A stretch of DNA of 48,631 nucleotides from positions 1 to 48,631 of the IMG/VR virus record IMGVR_UViG_3300002175_000003; one strand, written 5' to 3'. The notes under the pieces were generated by a model that was not told where the DNA came from, made no database searches, and saw only the letters and a program-made list of their open reading frames with translations. Below are positions 1 through 9,193 of the stretch, one piece after another (position 1 is the stretch's first letter; the number at the start of each line of letters is the position of its first letter). The position numbers and the translations under genes are program-made. The stretch is from a virus.

Positions 1-100
1 CAAATATGTCTGCGTGCTTCATCAATTTACTGGCCATGTCTCGTGTCCTTTCGATACGTCGATGATTTCTACTGGCATCATTTCAGAGGGGTGTCAACCC
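1..100. repeat. Terminal direct repeat: nt 1-100 identical to 48532-48631 (circular-assembly overlap or terminal redundancy)
   Basis: Direct comparison of first and last 100 nt. Nt 1-37 duplicate the first 12 codons of the minus-strand ORF 47837..48568. Confidence 0.95.
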
Positions 101-426
101 CCATATTTGCCCCACGGGCTGTTCGGGTTCGCAACTTCGTCTCCGTTTGGTACTTCTTCTATGCTTTTAATTTCAGACCCGATTGCTTTCGCCGCAAGGA
201 CGATCGCGTACTTCTCGCCATAGATGGCGGCGCACGCCTGCATTGAAATATAAAGTGATCCGACAATTTTCGCATCGAAAGCGATGAGATCGGTACCGAT
301 AAGCTCGCAAAATTCCGCGTTAAGAGTTTCGCATTGGTCTTCCGTTACTTTTCTATGGCGTTCATAGCTCCCCGGCGCATTCATTGCCTTGCGTACAGCG
401 GTCTCAAGTTCGTTTAACTTGCGCAT
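94..426 (-). CDS. hypothetical protein (110 aa)
   Basis: ORF track 94..459. Start moved to the internal ATG at 426, which has GAGGAA 7 nt upstream. Sits in the tightly packed minus-strand operon. Confidence 0.5.
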   Translation of the reverse strand: MRKLNELETAVRKAMNAPGSYERHRKVTEDQCETLNAEFCELIGTDLIAFDAKIVGSLYISMQACAAIYGEKYAIVLAAKAIGSEIKSIEEVPNGDEVANPNSPWGKYGG

Positions 427-709
427 TTCTGTATTCCTCTGCCTGTCTTTCGATTTCACCGATGTATTTTTCTACGCTTTGTTTTATTTCTGCTTTACTA
501 TACAGTTTATACATATTCGTGAGTGACGAATACAGTAACGCATTAGCCATTGCGTCTAATTCGACGAGATCAAGCGTGCTACCCGTGACTTTCAGATACT
601 TACTCTTTCCACTGATGATTGCCGCCGCTATCTCGTCGTACCGTTTTTGTTGTTTCGGGTCTCGCAACAACTCGCTTAGCCGTACCCTTGCTTCTTTTTT
701 CGTCACCAT
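404..709 (-). CDS. hypothetical protein (101 aa)
   Basis: ORF track. GAGG lies upstream of the ATG at 709. Start is immediately after the stop of the upstream nuclease gene. Confidence 0.5.
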   Translation of the reverse strand: MVTKKEARVRLSELLRDPKQQKRYDEIAAAIISGKSKYLKVTGSTLDLVELDAMANALLYSSLTNMYKLYSKAEIKQSVEKYIGEIERQAEEYRNAQVKRT

Positions 710-711
710 CG

Positions 712-1725
712 TCAGTACCTCACCGTCATCTCGCCTTCAGGCGTTCGGGATGCGACGGCCGTGTAGGCTGCGGCGGTCGGCGACAGTTTTTCAGCCTGAG
801 CCGGTCCGACTGGCTTCACCCCCGCTGCTCCGTGGAGTTCGTAGAGCTTCTGCGCTGCGTCTCGCTCATTGTTCCAGATGCGCCACTTCCGCTTGTTTTC
901 TATTCGTACGCCGTCGACGATTTCGCCGTTTTCGTAAACGCGCTTGAGAAGCTCTTTTTCAAGGGCCTCTTTCATGTCGGAGACCGCGCGGATAACCCGA
1001 AGCATTCGTGTGACTTCGGGCGACGTCAGTGTCGAGAGGTCGCGACTGATGGCTGCCATCAGGAAATTCGCGTCCTGAGCCATGACCGGACACTTCTGGA
1101 AGGCCGGGCACCAGCGACAATGCGGCCCTGGTATCGGCGGTCCCGCATACGCCATCGCGGTGCGTACGGCTTCACGATGTTCGACGACAACACGCCGCGC
1201 GTACGCAATCTGCTTGAACCCCTGATCCTCGCCAGCGGCGGTCCATGAATTGGGCTGGAAAATGACCAGCCGAAAGAATGGCATCTCCGGATGTTCGTCG
1301 AGGAACGTCGCAGCGTAAGTGAGCAACTGCTTGTTGTCCTCAACTTCAACGTCCCAACCGCCATTTTTGTAGTCAAAAACCGTTATGACGTCTTCGGCGA
1401 TGTGCGCAACGTCGAGTTGCCCCCAGCACCCTTTGTCAAGAACAACGCGCTGTTCGATCTGCAACTCGCCGGCGCCAAGCGACTTGATGAACGCCATGAC
1501 GCGCTCGACAACTTCGCGATCCGACATTCGATCCGACTTGACCCACGGAGCGCGCGGCATCGGCAATGTGCCGGTCTTCAGCGCGCGCTCAATGACCGCA
1601 TGAACGATTGAGCCCTCTTCTGCCGCTGCGTTCGTGCGCTCAGGAAGCCCCTGAGCGAGACGAGCGGAAGGAGGGCAACAAAGCCAGCGCGCCGCGCTCG
1701 ATGGCGACCATACTGCATGTGCCAT
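712..1725 (-). CDS. PD-(D/E)XK nuclease, DUF2800 / Cas4-like with C-terminal Cys cluster
   Basis: N-terminus SPSSAARWLCCPPS and C-terminal CRWCPAFQKC cluster are typical of DUF2800. Sits in the classic DUF2800-DUF2815-PolA phage replication module. Confidence 0.8.
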   Translation of the reverse strand: MAHAVWSPSSAARWLCCPPSARLAQGLPERTNAAAEEGSIVHAVIERALKTGTLPMPRAPWVKSDRMSDREVVERVMAFIKSLGAGELQIEQRVVLDKGCWGQLDVAHIAEDVITVFDYKNGGWDVEVEDNKQLLTYAATFLDEHPEMPFFRLVIFQPNSWTAAGEDQGFKQIAYARRVVVEHREAVRTAMAYAGPPIPGPHCRWCPAFQKCPVMAQDANFLMAAISRDLSTLTSPEVTRMLRVIRAVSDMKEALEKELLKRVYENGEIVDGVRIENKRKWRIWNNERDAAQKLYELHGAAGVKPVGPAQAEKLSPTAAAYTAVASRTPEGEMTVRY

Positions 1726-1740
1726 GTTGCCCTCCTGCCC

Positions 1741-2223
1741 TTAACCGCCGAGTTGCCGCAGAATGTGGTTCAATTGCACCTCGGTTGCGCGAGGCAGAAT
1801 GAACCCCAAAATTTGCTGGAGGCTCGCTTGCCCGGCTTCAGGAAAGAGCGACTGGAACCATTGAACAATGCCAGCTTCTGGCTGCCCCTTCGAAAGAGCA
1901 TCCTGTATCTTACCGACTATGGCGGATACGAGGGGTGCCGTCGCGGGCTCCTGGCGGGCGACCACGGCCGCGTTTTGCTGGGGCTGCGGCTGGCCCTGAG
2001 GAAAACCCTGCTGCACCGCCGGTGCTGCTGCTGGTGCTGCCGACGCCTGAGGCTGCGGCTGGAAGCCAGTGAACCCTTGCTGGGCTTGCTGCACCTGTTG
2101 AGCCTGCTGGATCGGCTGGGCCTGAGGAATTGGTGGATCGATATCCGCTTCCTTCGCATCCCTCTTGTTCTTGAAATACGCCTTGAATTCTTCAAGGCTG
2201 TCGAATTCTACGGTTATTTTCAT
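1741..2223 (-). CDS. hypothetical Q/P-rich protein (160 aa)
   Basis: ORF track 1741..2268. Start moved to the ATG at 2223 (MKITVEF), which has AAGGAAAA upstream. Central low-complexity Q/P/A linker. Confidence 0.55.
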   Translation of the reverse strand: MKITVEFDSLEEFKAYFKNKRDAKEADIDPPIPQAQPIQQAQQVQQAQQGFTGFQPQPQASAAPAAAPAVQQGFPQGQPQPQQNAAVVARQEPATAPLVSAIVGKIQDALSKGQPEAGIVQWFQSLFPEAGQASLQQILGFILPRATEVQLNHILRQLGG

Positions 2224-2236
2224 CCCATTTTCCTTT

Positions 2237-3883
2237 CTAGAAGGGGTGAATTTTTCCGGCCCGGTCATAGTAGCCTTTTACCGTGACCCGACCATTTTTT
2301 GACCGTACCAGAAAAATACGGTCAATGTCTCCTGGAATTATTGCATAGGGCCACGGCGCATTTGCATACTTCGTGGTAAGGAACCATTTTTCTCCGACCT
2401 TGAATGGTGGCCCGATAATTTTTTGGAATGGTTCTTTTGCCAAAATTTCCGACATATTGACAAATTCGCCGCCGACCGCATGGCCGTTGAGGTCTTTGCC
2501 AGCTTCCCGGATGGCAGTATTGTCGTACCCACAATGCGGACAAATTGGGTGAAGGAAAGGGGCGTATAACTCGTCACATGCGGCGCATTTTTTCACTGAC
2601 GACTGGAGCATGCCGCAGTACGGACAAAGGTTGCCGTGCAGAAATTGATCGAACCGGTCGCCGCAACCCCGGCAACGGGTCGCGGTCTTGTGAACCGTGC
2701 CGCACTTTGGGCACGTGCGCCCGAGCTTCCAGCTTTCCCATTGCCAGCCGCAATCCTCGCAGATCAACAATGATCCCGGTGCGGCGACGATGGCGTCCAA
2801 ACTGCCATGTCGATGAACGTTTCCGCCGAAATCCAGTACCGCGCAATTCTCCGCGACAGGCGTAACACGGGCGCCACGTCCGAGAGCTTGGGCGAAGAAC
2901 ACGGGGGATTTGGTGGCACGGCAGAAAACGAGCATGTCGATGTCTGGCACATTAAAGCCAGTGTCAAACATGGCGACAGAAATAAGCGCCGGATATTCGC
3001 CTCTCCGGAAAGCTTCAACTGCCACATCGCGCCGGCCTTTTTTCAAATTCGAGTGGACCGCGACCGCCCGCACGCCTTTCTGGTTCAATTCGCGCTCAAG
3101 CGTTTCAGCATGCGCAATGTTGCAGGCAAAAACGAGCAGTCGGTTCCGGTGCATCCTTTCCATTGTCCGCCGTACCGCAAAGGCGTGCAAGGGCGCCAAC
3201 TGGATGGCGCGCGGCGCCAATTGATCCATGTCGAAGTCACCTGCGACGGTCTTGACGCCATCCGTATTGATCGTTGCGACGTCTTCAGCCACGGCGGGAA
3301 CAAGCGGTTTGACCCAGCCGTCTTTCAGCGCGTCAAGGAAAGTATACTTGAAAATGATCGGCCCAAACGTCTTTTCGAGCGAGCCTGTTCCATCAGCACG
3401 AAATGGCGTCCCGGTGAGCCCGCGCACTTTTGCGTTCGGCACCGCGTCGAATACGCGACGATAAGACGACGTTTTGTTGATGGGCGTCCGATGCACTTCG
3501 TCGACATAGATGTGCGTCACATCCTGGAAATACTTCATCCGGCGGACAAGCGTTTGTACCGTGCCAATCGTCACGCGCGCAAACACGTTCTTGCCGATTG
3601 ACGCGCTGCAAATGCCCGGTCGCAAACCAACCTCGCGGCAAGCTTCGGCATTTTGCGCTACAAGCTCTTTTGTGTGGGCGATAATTAACGTGCGACCGGT
3701 CTCATTCATGGCTGCGAGACCGCCGAGAATGAGCGACTTGCCGCCGGCAACCGTCACTTCCGCAACGGCAAATCGCTCTTCACATGCCAGCATGTTCCGG
3801 ATGCATGCTTCTTGGTGCGGGCGTAGTTGGATCATCGGTTCCTGTCCCAAACCATGACAACTCCTGATAGGATAAGAACCCAT
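2237..3883 (-). CDS. SF2 DEAD/DEAH-box DNA helicase with three tandem C-terminal zinc ribbons
   Basis: LRPHQ motif, Walker A-like AGGKS, DEVH box, TGTPFR motif. Three CxxC-N12-14-CPxCG repeats. The true start may be the ATG at 3835 (MIQLRPHQ). Confidence 0.85.
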   Translation of the reverse strand: MGSYPIRSCHGLGQEPMIQLRPHQEACIRNMLACEERFAVAEVTVAGGKSLILGGLAAMNETGRTLIIAHTKELVAQNAEACREVGLRPGICSASIGKNVFARVTIGTVQTLVRRMKYFQDVTHIYVDEVHRTPINKTSSYRRVFDAVPNAKVRGLTGTPFRADGTGSLEKTFGPIIFKYTFLDALKDGWVKPLVPAVAEDVATINTDGVKTVAGDFDMDQLAPRAIQLAPLHAFAVRRTMERMHRNRLLVFACNIAHAETLERELNQKGVRAVAVHSNLKKGRRDVAVEAFRRGEYPALISVAMFDTGFNVPDIDMLVFCRATKSPVFFAQALGRGARVTPVAENCAVLDFGGNVHRHGSLDAIVAAPGSLLICEDCGWQWESWKLGRTCPKCGTVHKTATRCRGCGDRFDQFLHGNLCPYCGMLQSSVKKCAACDELYAPFLHPICPHCGYDNTAIREAGKDLNGHAVGGEFVNMSEILAKEPFQKIIGPPFKVGEKWFLTTKYANAPWPYAIIPGDIDRIFLVRSKNGRVTVKGYYDRAGKIHPF

Positions 3884-3920
3884 ATCACCACGCCAATCAC
3901 ATCCGGAATGTCGGCTCTGG

Positions 3921-4250
3921 TCATCTCGTCACCATTTTAACGATCTTTTTTACGTAGTTATCAGCGTGGCATTGCTTCGGGGCGCACCAGCACCGAAGCG
4001 CTACGTTCTGACCGGCCCGCACCATTTGGGCGATCTTTTCAAGCTCATGGCTTATAGGGCCGTCATTTTCTCGATCTTCTTTTATAAGCCTGTTATGTTT
4101 TCGGATGCATCCGAGCCGGTCGCCGTCGCGCCCCATGATGAACGGGTTGCCAAGAATGGGGTTCGACCGATCGACGTCAATGACGACTTCATCAGGCCGT
4201 GGTTGCGTTCCGGAGTCCCTTTTTGAGACGGTGCGAATTGTCCCAAGCAT
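3921..4250 (-). CDS. DUF4326-like protein
   Basis: VDRSNPILGNPF and CWCAPKQCHAD motifs. Start moved to the ATG at 4250, which has GGAGAC upstream and avoids overlap with the upstream ORF. Confidence 0.65.
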   Translation of the reverse strand: MLGTIRTVSKRDSGTQPRPDEVVIDVDRSNPILGNPFIMGRDGDRLGCIRKHNRLIKEDRENDGPISHELEKIAQMVRAGQNVALRCWCAPKQCHADNYVKKIVKMVTR

Positions 4251-4279
4251 TTCAGTCTCCAAAATCGGTATGCTTTCCT

Positions 4280-4483
4280 TCAAGAATGGCACCCGCTTCG
4301 GGCGCCCCAAGAACCCCACATGGCAACGTTCCGCGTCCCGAACATGACTGGCATCTCAACGTATGGGGCGCCAATCACGTGTTTCAGATGATTACGCAAG
4401 ACTTCATTTTCGTACGAAATCTGCGCAATACACCGCTCTAACTGGTACCGGCGGTCATTCACCGAACGTTCGTGACCTATCAT
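4280..4483 (-). CDS. hypothetical protein (67 aa)
   Basis: ORF track only; position in the operon. Confidence 0.4.
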   Translation of the reverse strand: MIGHERSVNDRRYQLERCIAQISYENEVLRNHLKHVIGAPYVEMPVMFGTRNVAMWGSWGARSGCHS

Positions 4484-4640
4484 TTTGCAACTCCTTTATT
4501 CTGGCTTCTAGCCGTTCGTTCATTTCCATGACAACCATAAGCTCTTCAACCAGAGCTTTGCACATTTTGTACAGCATCTGCTCGCGCGTGTCATTGCAGA
4601 CGCTAAGCTCTGCAAAGACAGATCGTAGTTCTTCTAGCAT
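4455..4640 (-). CDS. hypothetical helical protein (61 aa)
   Basis: ORF track only; position in the operon. Confidence 0.4.
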   Translation of the reverse strand: MLEELRSVFAELSVCNDTREQMLYKMCKALVEELMVVMEMNERLEARIKELQNDRSRTFGE

Positions 4641-4641
4641 C

Positions 4642-4917
4642 TCACAATTCCCTGTAATTCACTGCCAAAAATTGGGCGAGTTGTTCTACTGTTACGATCG
4701 GGTCTGTCGTGCGAGGCGCCCCAAAGCCGTATTCCAGCATGCATCGGCGGCCATCTGGCAATTCAAGCTCGCCTTCGACTGACTTGCCTTCGTCAACCAG
4801 CGCTACGACCCGTTTCACGACCCATTTCTTGCCTTCCAAGATCGACACTTTCAGCCGCAAATGCGTATCGCAGAACCAAGCGTATCGCTCAAGCGTCAGT
4901 TCCCATGGGTAGCCCAT
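4642..4917 (-). CDS. hypothetical protein (91 aa)
   Basis: ORF track. Abuts the primase stop and the next start. Confidence 0.5.
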   Translation of the reverse strand: MGYPWELTLERYAWFCDTHLRLKVSILEGKKWVVKRVVALVDEGKSVEGELELPDGRRCMLEYGFGAPRTTDPIVTVEQLAQFLAVNYREL

Positions 4918-7428
4918 TTATTTCTCCCATGGCCATGTTTTTGGAGCTGCAAACGGAATAGGCGGGTTGTTAAACACTGACTTCACTCCCCACTCGGGAC
5001 CAAGCAACCATGTGGTATCCTTGTTCCACTTACAAATACCTCTGTAAGTCAGGATGTCAAGGCATTTCTTGGGGTCGTCAAATACGTCGAGAACAATGAG
5101 CAAGTCATCAGTGTCCATGTAGTATTCGGCGTTGTCCGGAGCCCCGCGCCCGCCTGTCCTATCAGTAATGACCGCTTCGGTAACTTTTCTTGGGCCGACC
5201 GCCCTGATAGTGTCCTTCATGCCTTCAACACGCGACTTTCTTATCCCCGGAGCCGCATAGAGCCCGCGGTCGCGTAAGACCGCACTATCAGTTTCAATCA
5301 GCCGTCTGAGACACGTCTTGACCGTGTTTTCGTTCAGCGCGGTACGCTTGGCGATATCCCGAGGCGTCAATTCATGTCCCGCCGCCGTTAACGCATGCAA
5401 GACGGCAGCTTGGCTGCGGGTTCTGGCGACCTTGCCCGGTCCTGTGCCTTCATCCCCTTCCAGTTCTTTTCCAACTCCGTCAATTTCAATCGTCACCGGT
5501 CTCCAGACCGGCGATGGCTTTTCTCGCATGATGTCCATAACAACCTCTGGTAGGTCTCTTGGGTTCGTGGTGAGCTTTCCAACGCCGGCAGCTCGGTCGG
5601 CTTTCATGACCCAGCCCCCGTCAAATGCGCCTATCAGGCCGAATGAGCCGCTATAGGCTTCAATCTCGTCTTCCACCTTTCCCTTCTTGGTGTGGTGAAC
5701 GCAGAAAATGCAAATTTTGTGTTTTGCGGCGAAACTTTGCAGCGGCGCAATGACGCGGTAATCAGCCGCATACATATTTTCGCCGTGCCCTGTCGCATTG
5801 CCTAGACGAATACGCTGGATTGTGTCGATCGTTACGACCTTAATCTCAGGGTTCGCGCGTAGCCGTTCCTCTATCAGAGCCAAGATGCCGCCCTTACCGG
5901 CCGGGTCAAGCAACGGCACCTCGTCGTCACTGTAGTAAAACTCCACCTTGTTTTTTGCATGCCGCAATCTCGCAAAATATCCGAGTTGATCCAAGCGGTG
6001 CCGTATTCGGTTTTTGTTGTCTTCCAACATGAAACACAAAACGTCGCATGGATGGCATTTATTACCCATAAAATAGCCGCCGCTGGCAATCGCTGTTGCA
6101 AGATCAAGGGTTGTGAAGCCCTTACCGATTTTTGGCGGCCCTGCAAAGACCACGGCGCCGGTTGTCGTTAGCAAATTGTCAACCCGTGGCAAGACCGGCG
6201 GTATGTCTTCCTTTTCGAGATCAAGGGCATTCTGCGGCGGCTTGAACCCAACCGGCGCATGCTCCTTCCTTGCCGCTTCCATGGCGATTGCGGCCGATAC
6301 CGTATTTTCCAGGACCTTAAATTCACTCTCGGTCACAACTTCAGGAGGAACGTACGATTTTATCCGTTCCCATAGACTATATTCTTTTGAGTGGCTGGAA
6401 AAATCCCGGTATTGCGCCGCTACGCCAGCAAATTTCCGGTGTTGTCTCAATTCTTGCAGCGCATGATTGGTTGGAAGCATTTCCAAGCGGTCAAATGCCG
6501 CTTGCGCCGACCGCAAAGCATGTGGTGATCGGCCTAAATCTGCCACCCTTGCCAGCAATTCATCGCCATTCAGTACGCCAACCCGGACCAAAGGCGCGAT
6601 TTGCAAAAAAGCATCCCTGAAATAATCCCCAGCACCGTCAGGAGGAACCCTTGAAAATATCTCGTCGCATCGTTTTTCGCCCCAGTCTTGGAGATGTTCC
6701 CGCTCAGTGTCCGTCAGGTTATCAAACTCGCTTTCCTGACCATCCGTGCGCGCGCGTAGCGGTTCGCCTATCAAGGGCACCGCCGCCACCCGGGCCGTCC
6801 CAATTGACAGTCCAATACGGCGCCCTTGGTACGGATCGGTACAGCCTGACATGACAGGATCGGCGGTAAAAAATGGCGCCACGGCCGTATATATCGATGC
6901 ATCAAGATGCGGCGCCGTTGTTTTTATCAGCGCCCTTGCCTCTGGTGCGGTCAATGCCCGATCGACAAATATGGCAAGGTGCACCTTCCACCCATTGACC
7001 AGTGGATGACCGCTCGATGCTGATAGTTGCACTACGCAATCGACATCCTTGGCCCATGCCGGCAGACACTTCCGGATTGCTTCCTCAGTGGGTAATCCAG
7101 GTTGCGGTATGTCGCAGTCGAGAAGTAAAATTGTCGAGGCCACGTCATCAATGGTCGCATGCGGCCCTTGGGATAGTCGCCGATGCGCCGCTAGCGGATC
7201 AAGCCGCGCGCGTAGCGAACCCCGTATCAGACAGTGTTTGGGGCTGCGGGCTAAGGCCGTAAAGACTTCATGCAAATGATTTATGTCGCGAATTTCCAGC
7301 GTCACAAATCTGCACATGTACGGCATGCCTGAGTTGGCAGGAGGCATGAACGGGACCCAAAATTTTGTAAGAACCTTGTCATCGGCGCTTTCGCAGACAG
7401 TGATCAAATTTTGGGTTCCGTAGGCCAT
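4918..7428 (-). CDS. bifunctional AEP primase-polymerase / RecA-fold (AAA_25, DnaB-like) helicase with C-terminal wHTH
   Basis: AEP-like motifs LLLDCD, SASSGHP..H and LDAS. P-loop GPPKIGKG. Start set to the ATG at 7428 (MAYGTQ), because the upstream 59 codons overlap a separate small ORF that stops at 7431. Confidence 0.75.
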   Translation of the reverse strand: MAYGTQNLITVCESADDKVLTKFWVPFMPPANSGMPYMCRFVTLEIRDINHLHEVFTALARSPKHCLIRGSLRARLDPLAAHRRLSQGPHATIDDVASTILLLDCDIPQPGLPTEEAIRKCLPAWAKDVDCVVQLSASSGHPLVNGWKVHLAIFVDRALTAPEARALIKTTAPHLDASIYTAVAPFFTADPVMSGCTDPYQGRRIGLSIGTARVAAVPLIGEPLRARTDGQESEFDNLTDTEREHLQDWGEKRCDEIFSRVPPDGAGDYFRDAFLQIAPLVRVGVLNGDELLARVADLGRSPHALRSAQAAFDRLEMLPTNHALQELRQHRKFAGVAAQYRDFSSHSKEYSLWERIKSYVPPEVVTESEFKVLENTVSAAIAMEAARKEHAPVGFKPPQNALDLEKEDIPPVLPRVDNLLTTTGAVVFAGPPKIGKGFTTLDLATAIASGGYFMGNKCHPCDVLCFMLEDNKNRIRHRLDQLGYFARLRHAKNKVEFYYSDDEVPLLDPAGKGGILALIEERLRANPEIKVVTIDTIQRIRLGNATGHGENMYAADYRVIAPLQSFAAKHKICIFCVHHTKKGKVEDEIEAYSGSFGLIGAFDGGWVMKADRAAGVGKLTTNPRDLPEVVMDIMREKPSPVWRPVTIEIDGVGKELEGDEGTGPGKVARTRSQAAVLHALTAAGHELTPRDIAKRTALNENTVKTCLRRLIETDSAVLRDRGLYAAPGIRKSRVEGMKDTIRAVGPRKVTEAVITDRTGGRGAPDNAEYYMDTDDLLIVLDVFDDPKKCLDILTYRGICKWNKDTTWLLGPEWGVKSVFNNPPIPFAAPKTWPWEK

Positions 7429-7430
7429 GA

Positions 7431-7610
7431 CTAGCGCTCCAGTCTCGCGACTTCGTAGCAGTACGTCCCGGTCAGAACGCCGCAGAAGAGCGCCACGAGA
7501 CCGCACGCTACGGTGTAGATCGACCCATTTGGGTCGCAGGCATTGGCCATGACGACAAATGCCTGACAACCGGTGAATGCATAAGCTGTTATCATTGCGA
7601 CCCACTTCAT
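7431..7610 (-). CDS. small membrane protein (59 aa, 2 predicted TM)
   Basis: Hydrophobic sequence. ATG at 7610 has GGAGGG 7 nt upstream and an ATGA overlap with the upstream stop. Confidence 0.55.
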   Translation of the reverse strand: MKWVAMITAYAFTGCQAFVVMANACDPNGSIYTVACGLVALFCGVLTGTYCYEVARLER

Positions 7611-7795
7611 TTTACTTCCCTCCACTTACCGTTTTCTCGCTTCATAATTGTTGGCCATGGCACCTGTTTTGTCATTAGCCATGCTTTTTTCTGCTTGGCG
7701 CCCTTGAGCGTCCAATGGCTACTAAAATGTAGCCATCGGTCCACATCATAAATCATTATCCAGTATCGTTTGAGACTGGTCATTCGCCGCACCAT
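7607..7795 (-). CDS. hypothetical protein (62 aa)
   Basis: ORF track; coupled stop/start with the next gene. Confidence 0.4.
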   Translation of the reverse strand: MVRRMTSLKRYWIMIYDVDRWLHFSSHWTLKGAKQKKAWLMTKQVPWPTIMKRENGKWREVK

Positions 7796-8037
7796 TTGTT
7801 TTTAAGGGTGATTTTTATGACCGCGAGAAAGCCGCTCTTGTTGATCGACACGTTGTCTGGCGGGTTGTCGACGTCAAGCAAGGCCCTTTGGCCGTGGTTC
7901 AGGATGTTCGGAAGAAGGTCACTATTCAGGTAGGAGTTGCCATGACCGGTGCATTCGACGACATGGCGCCGGCCAAATTTCGGCACCTTCACGTACCGTT
8001 CGGCGAAAATTTTCGCTTTGAATTCAACGACTATCAT
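7780..8037 (-). CDS. hypothetical protein (85 aa)
   Basis: ORF track only. Confidence 0.45.
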   Translation of the reverse strand: MIVVEFKAKIFAERYVKVPKFGRRHVVECTGHGNSYLNSDLLPNILNHGQRALLDVDNPPDNVSINKSGFLAVIKITLKNKWCGE

Positions 8038-8100
8038 GATTTTTGAGCCCTTTGCGTTCGCGCATACAGGTTAGCCTATCAGAGTGTTTCCTGAGCTATG

Positions 8101-8430
8101 CTAAATATGCATACCAGCCATGTCTATAAGCTGGCACAAGCGGCTAAATTTTTTGTCAATGTCGCTGGTCGTTTTTGCCGCATGGCTAGAAAATCTCCAC
8201 AATGAGTTGAGTACTTCTTTTATTCCGTATTTATCTAGTATAATTTTTGCATAGCATTTTGATTTATTATCTGGCAGATTATAGTCATCGTATCTAGTGG
8301 CAACATGCCACGACAATTTTTCTTCAATAATTCCGCCTTCTACTTCTGCAATAGAAAGCACCATTTTTGGCAAAGTATACAGCGTGATATACATTGCCAG
8401 CTCGTGATCACATGGCATTATCGGAAACAT
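8101..8430 (-). CDS. hypothetical protein (109 aa) in an AT-rich island
   Basis: AGGAGG lies 7 nt upstream of the ATG. Composition is visibly more AT-rich than the flanks. Confidence 0.6.
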   Translation of the reverse strand: MFPIMPCDHELAMYITLYTLPKMVLSIAEVEGGIIEEKLSWHVATRYDDYNLPDNKSKCYAKIILDKYGIKEVLNSLWRFSSHAAKTTSDIDKKFSRLCQLIDMAGMHI

Positions 8431-8465
8431 GATTTTATCCTCCTGCTCAGGGATTATTCCCTACA

Positions 8466-8494
8466 TATAACCACGGTCAATGACCGTGGTTATA
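8466..8494. promoter_or_regulatory. 29-bp near-perfect palindrome TATAACCACGGTCA-A-TGACCGTGGTTATA
   Basis: Read directly. Lies between ORF 8506..8706 and the AT-rich ORF 8101..8430. Could be an operator or an RNA hairpin. Confidence 0.7.
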
Positions 8495-8505
8495 AATCGA
8501 GAATA

Positions 8506-8706
8506 CTACCAGATTAGCTTTGTTCTCACAAAGCCGTTTAGCCGTATCCTAGGCATTTTGGCCAAGATATAGAGATGGCAAATCTTTATCACTTGCCATT
8601 CACCTTCACCGACTTCCGGCGTTGATATTGCATCGAGCGCCTCCTTCTCAGTCCTGAATACGATCGGGAAAAAATCCATTCGCAATTCACGTTCCTCGTC
8701 AATCAT
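8506..8706 (-). CDS. hypothetical protein (66 aa)
   Basis: ORF track; overlapping stop/start with the upstream gene. Confidence 0.4.
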   Translation of the reverse strand: MIDEERELRMDFFPIVFRTEKEALDAISTPEVGEGEWQVIKICHLYILAKMPRIRLNGFVRTKLIW

Positions 8707-8948
8707 GGCTTTACCTCCACTCTGCGAGTGTCATGCTCACGGATAAAACAATAGCAATATTGTTTTATCCACGGCAGAACATGACCGACAAAACTGCCCG
8801 TCATGCCGTGGTCGCGGCAAAACATTTGCAGTACCTCGGCTGCGCTTGCGGCGCCGACGTACATTGCCGATCGGTCATTGTACTCGACGACCCATCTCGC
8901 CTTGCGCCGCGGCGTAGCGCCGTAGAATTTCATCATGACGATATTCAT
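8703..8948 (-). CDS. hypothetical protein (81 aa), weak paralog of 8945..9193
   Basis: Shared pattern with its neighbour, including GH.LP and a C-terminal VE..P. Confidence 0.5.
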   Translation of the reverse strand: MNIVMMKFYGATPRRKARWVVEYNDRSAMYVGAASAAEVLQMFCRDHGMTGSFVGHVLPWIKQYCYCFIREHDTRRVEVKP

Positions 8949-9193
8949 GGCTGCGTCTCCACCTTATGACCGTCCTCTTCCTCAAACCAAATCCAGTAAT
9001 CCTCGCAATCTGCGGGTAGCGCGTGCCCGATGTAGGTCTTACCTGGCCAATCAAATTTTTTTAGGAAAACCTTCAGCGCGTATTGCACGTCAGTGACATT
9101 GACTGTCACTGATATCCCGTCCGAGTGAGCTTTTAACCGTGCAGGCTTGCACGTCGTTGGCGGTAAATACCGCACCATTATTGCACGCGACAT
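8945..9193 (-). CDS. hypothetical protein (82 aa), weak paralog of 8703..8948
   Basis: ORF track. GGAGAC SD lies inside the repeated intergenic element. Confidence 0.5.
   Translation of the reverse strand: MSRAIMVRYLPPTTCKPARLKAHSDGISVTVNVTDVQYALKVFLKKFDWPGKTYIGHALPADCEDYWIWFEEEDGHKVETQP

Noticed and set aside
7429-7605. 59-codon N-terminal extension of the primase-helicase ORF
   Set aside because: It overlaps, in another frame, a small membrane-protein ORF that has a strong GGAGGG SD and stops at 7431, three nt before the internal ATG at 7428.
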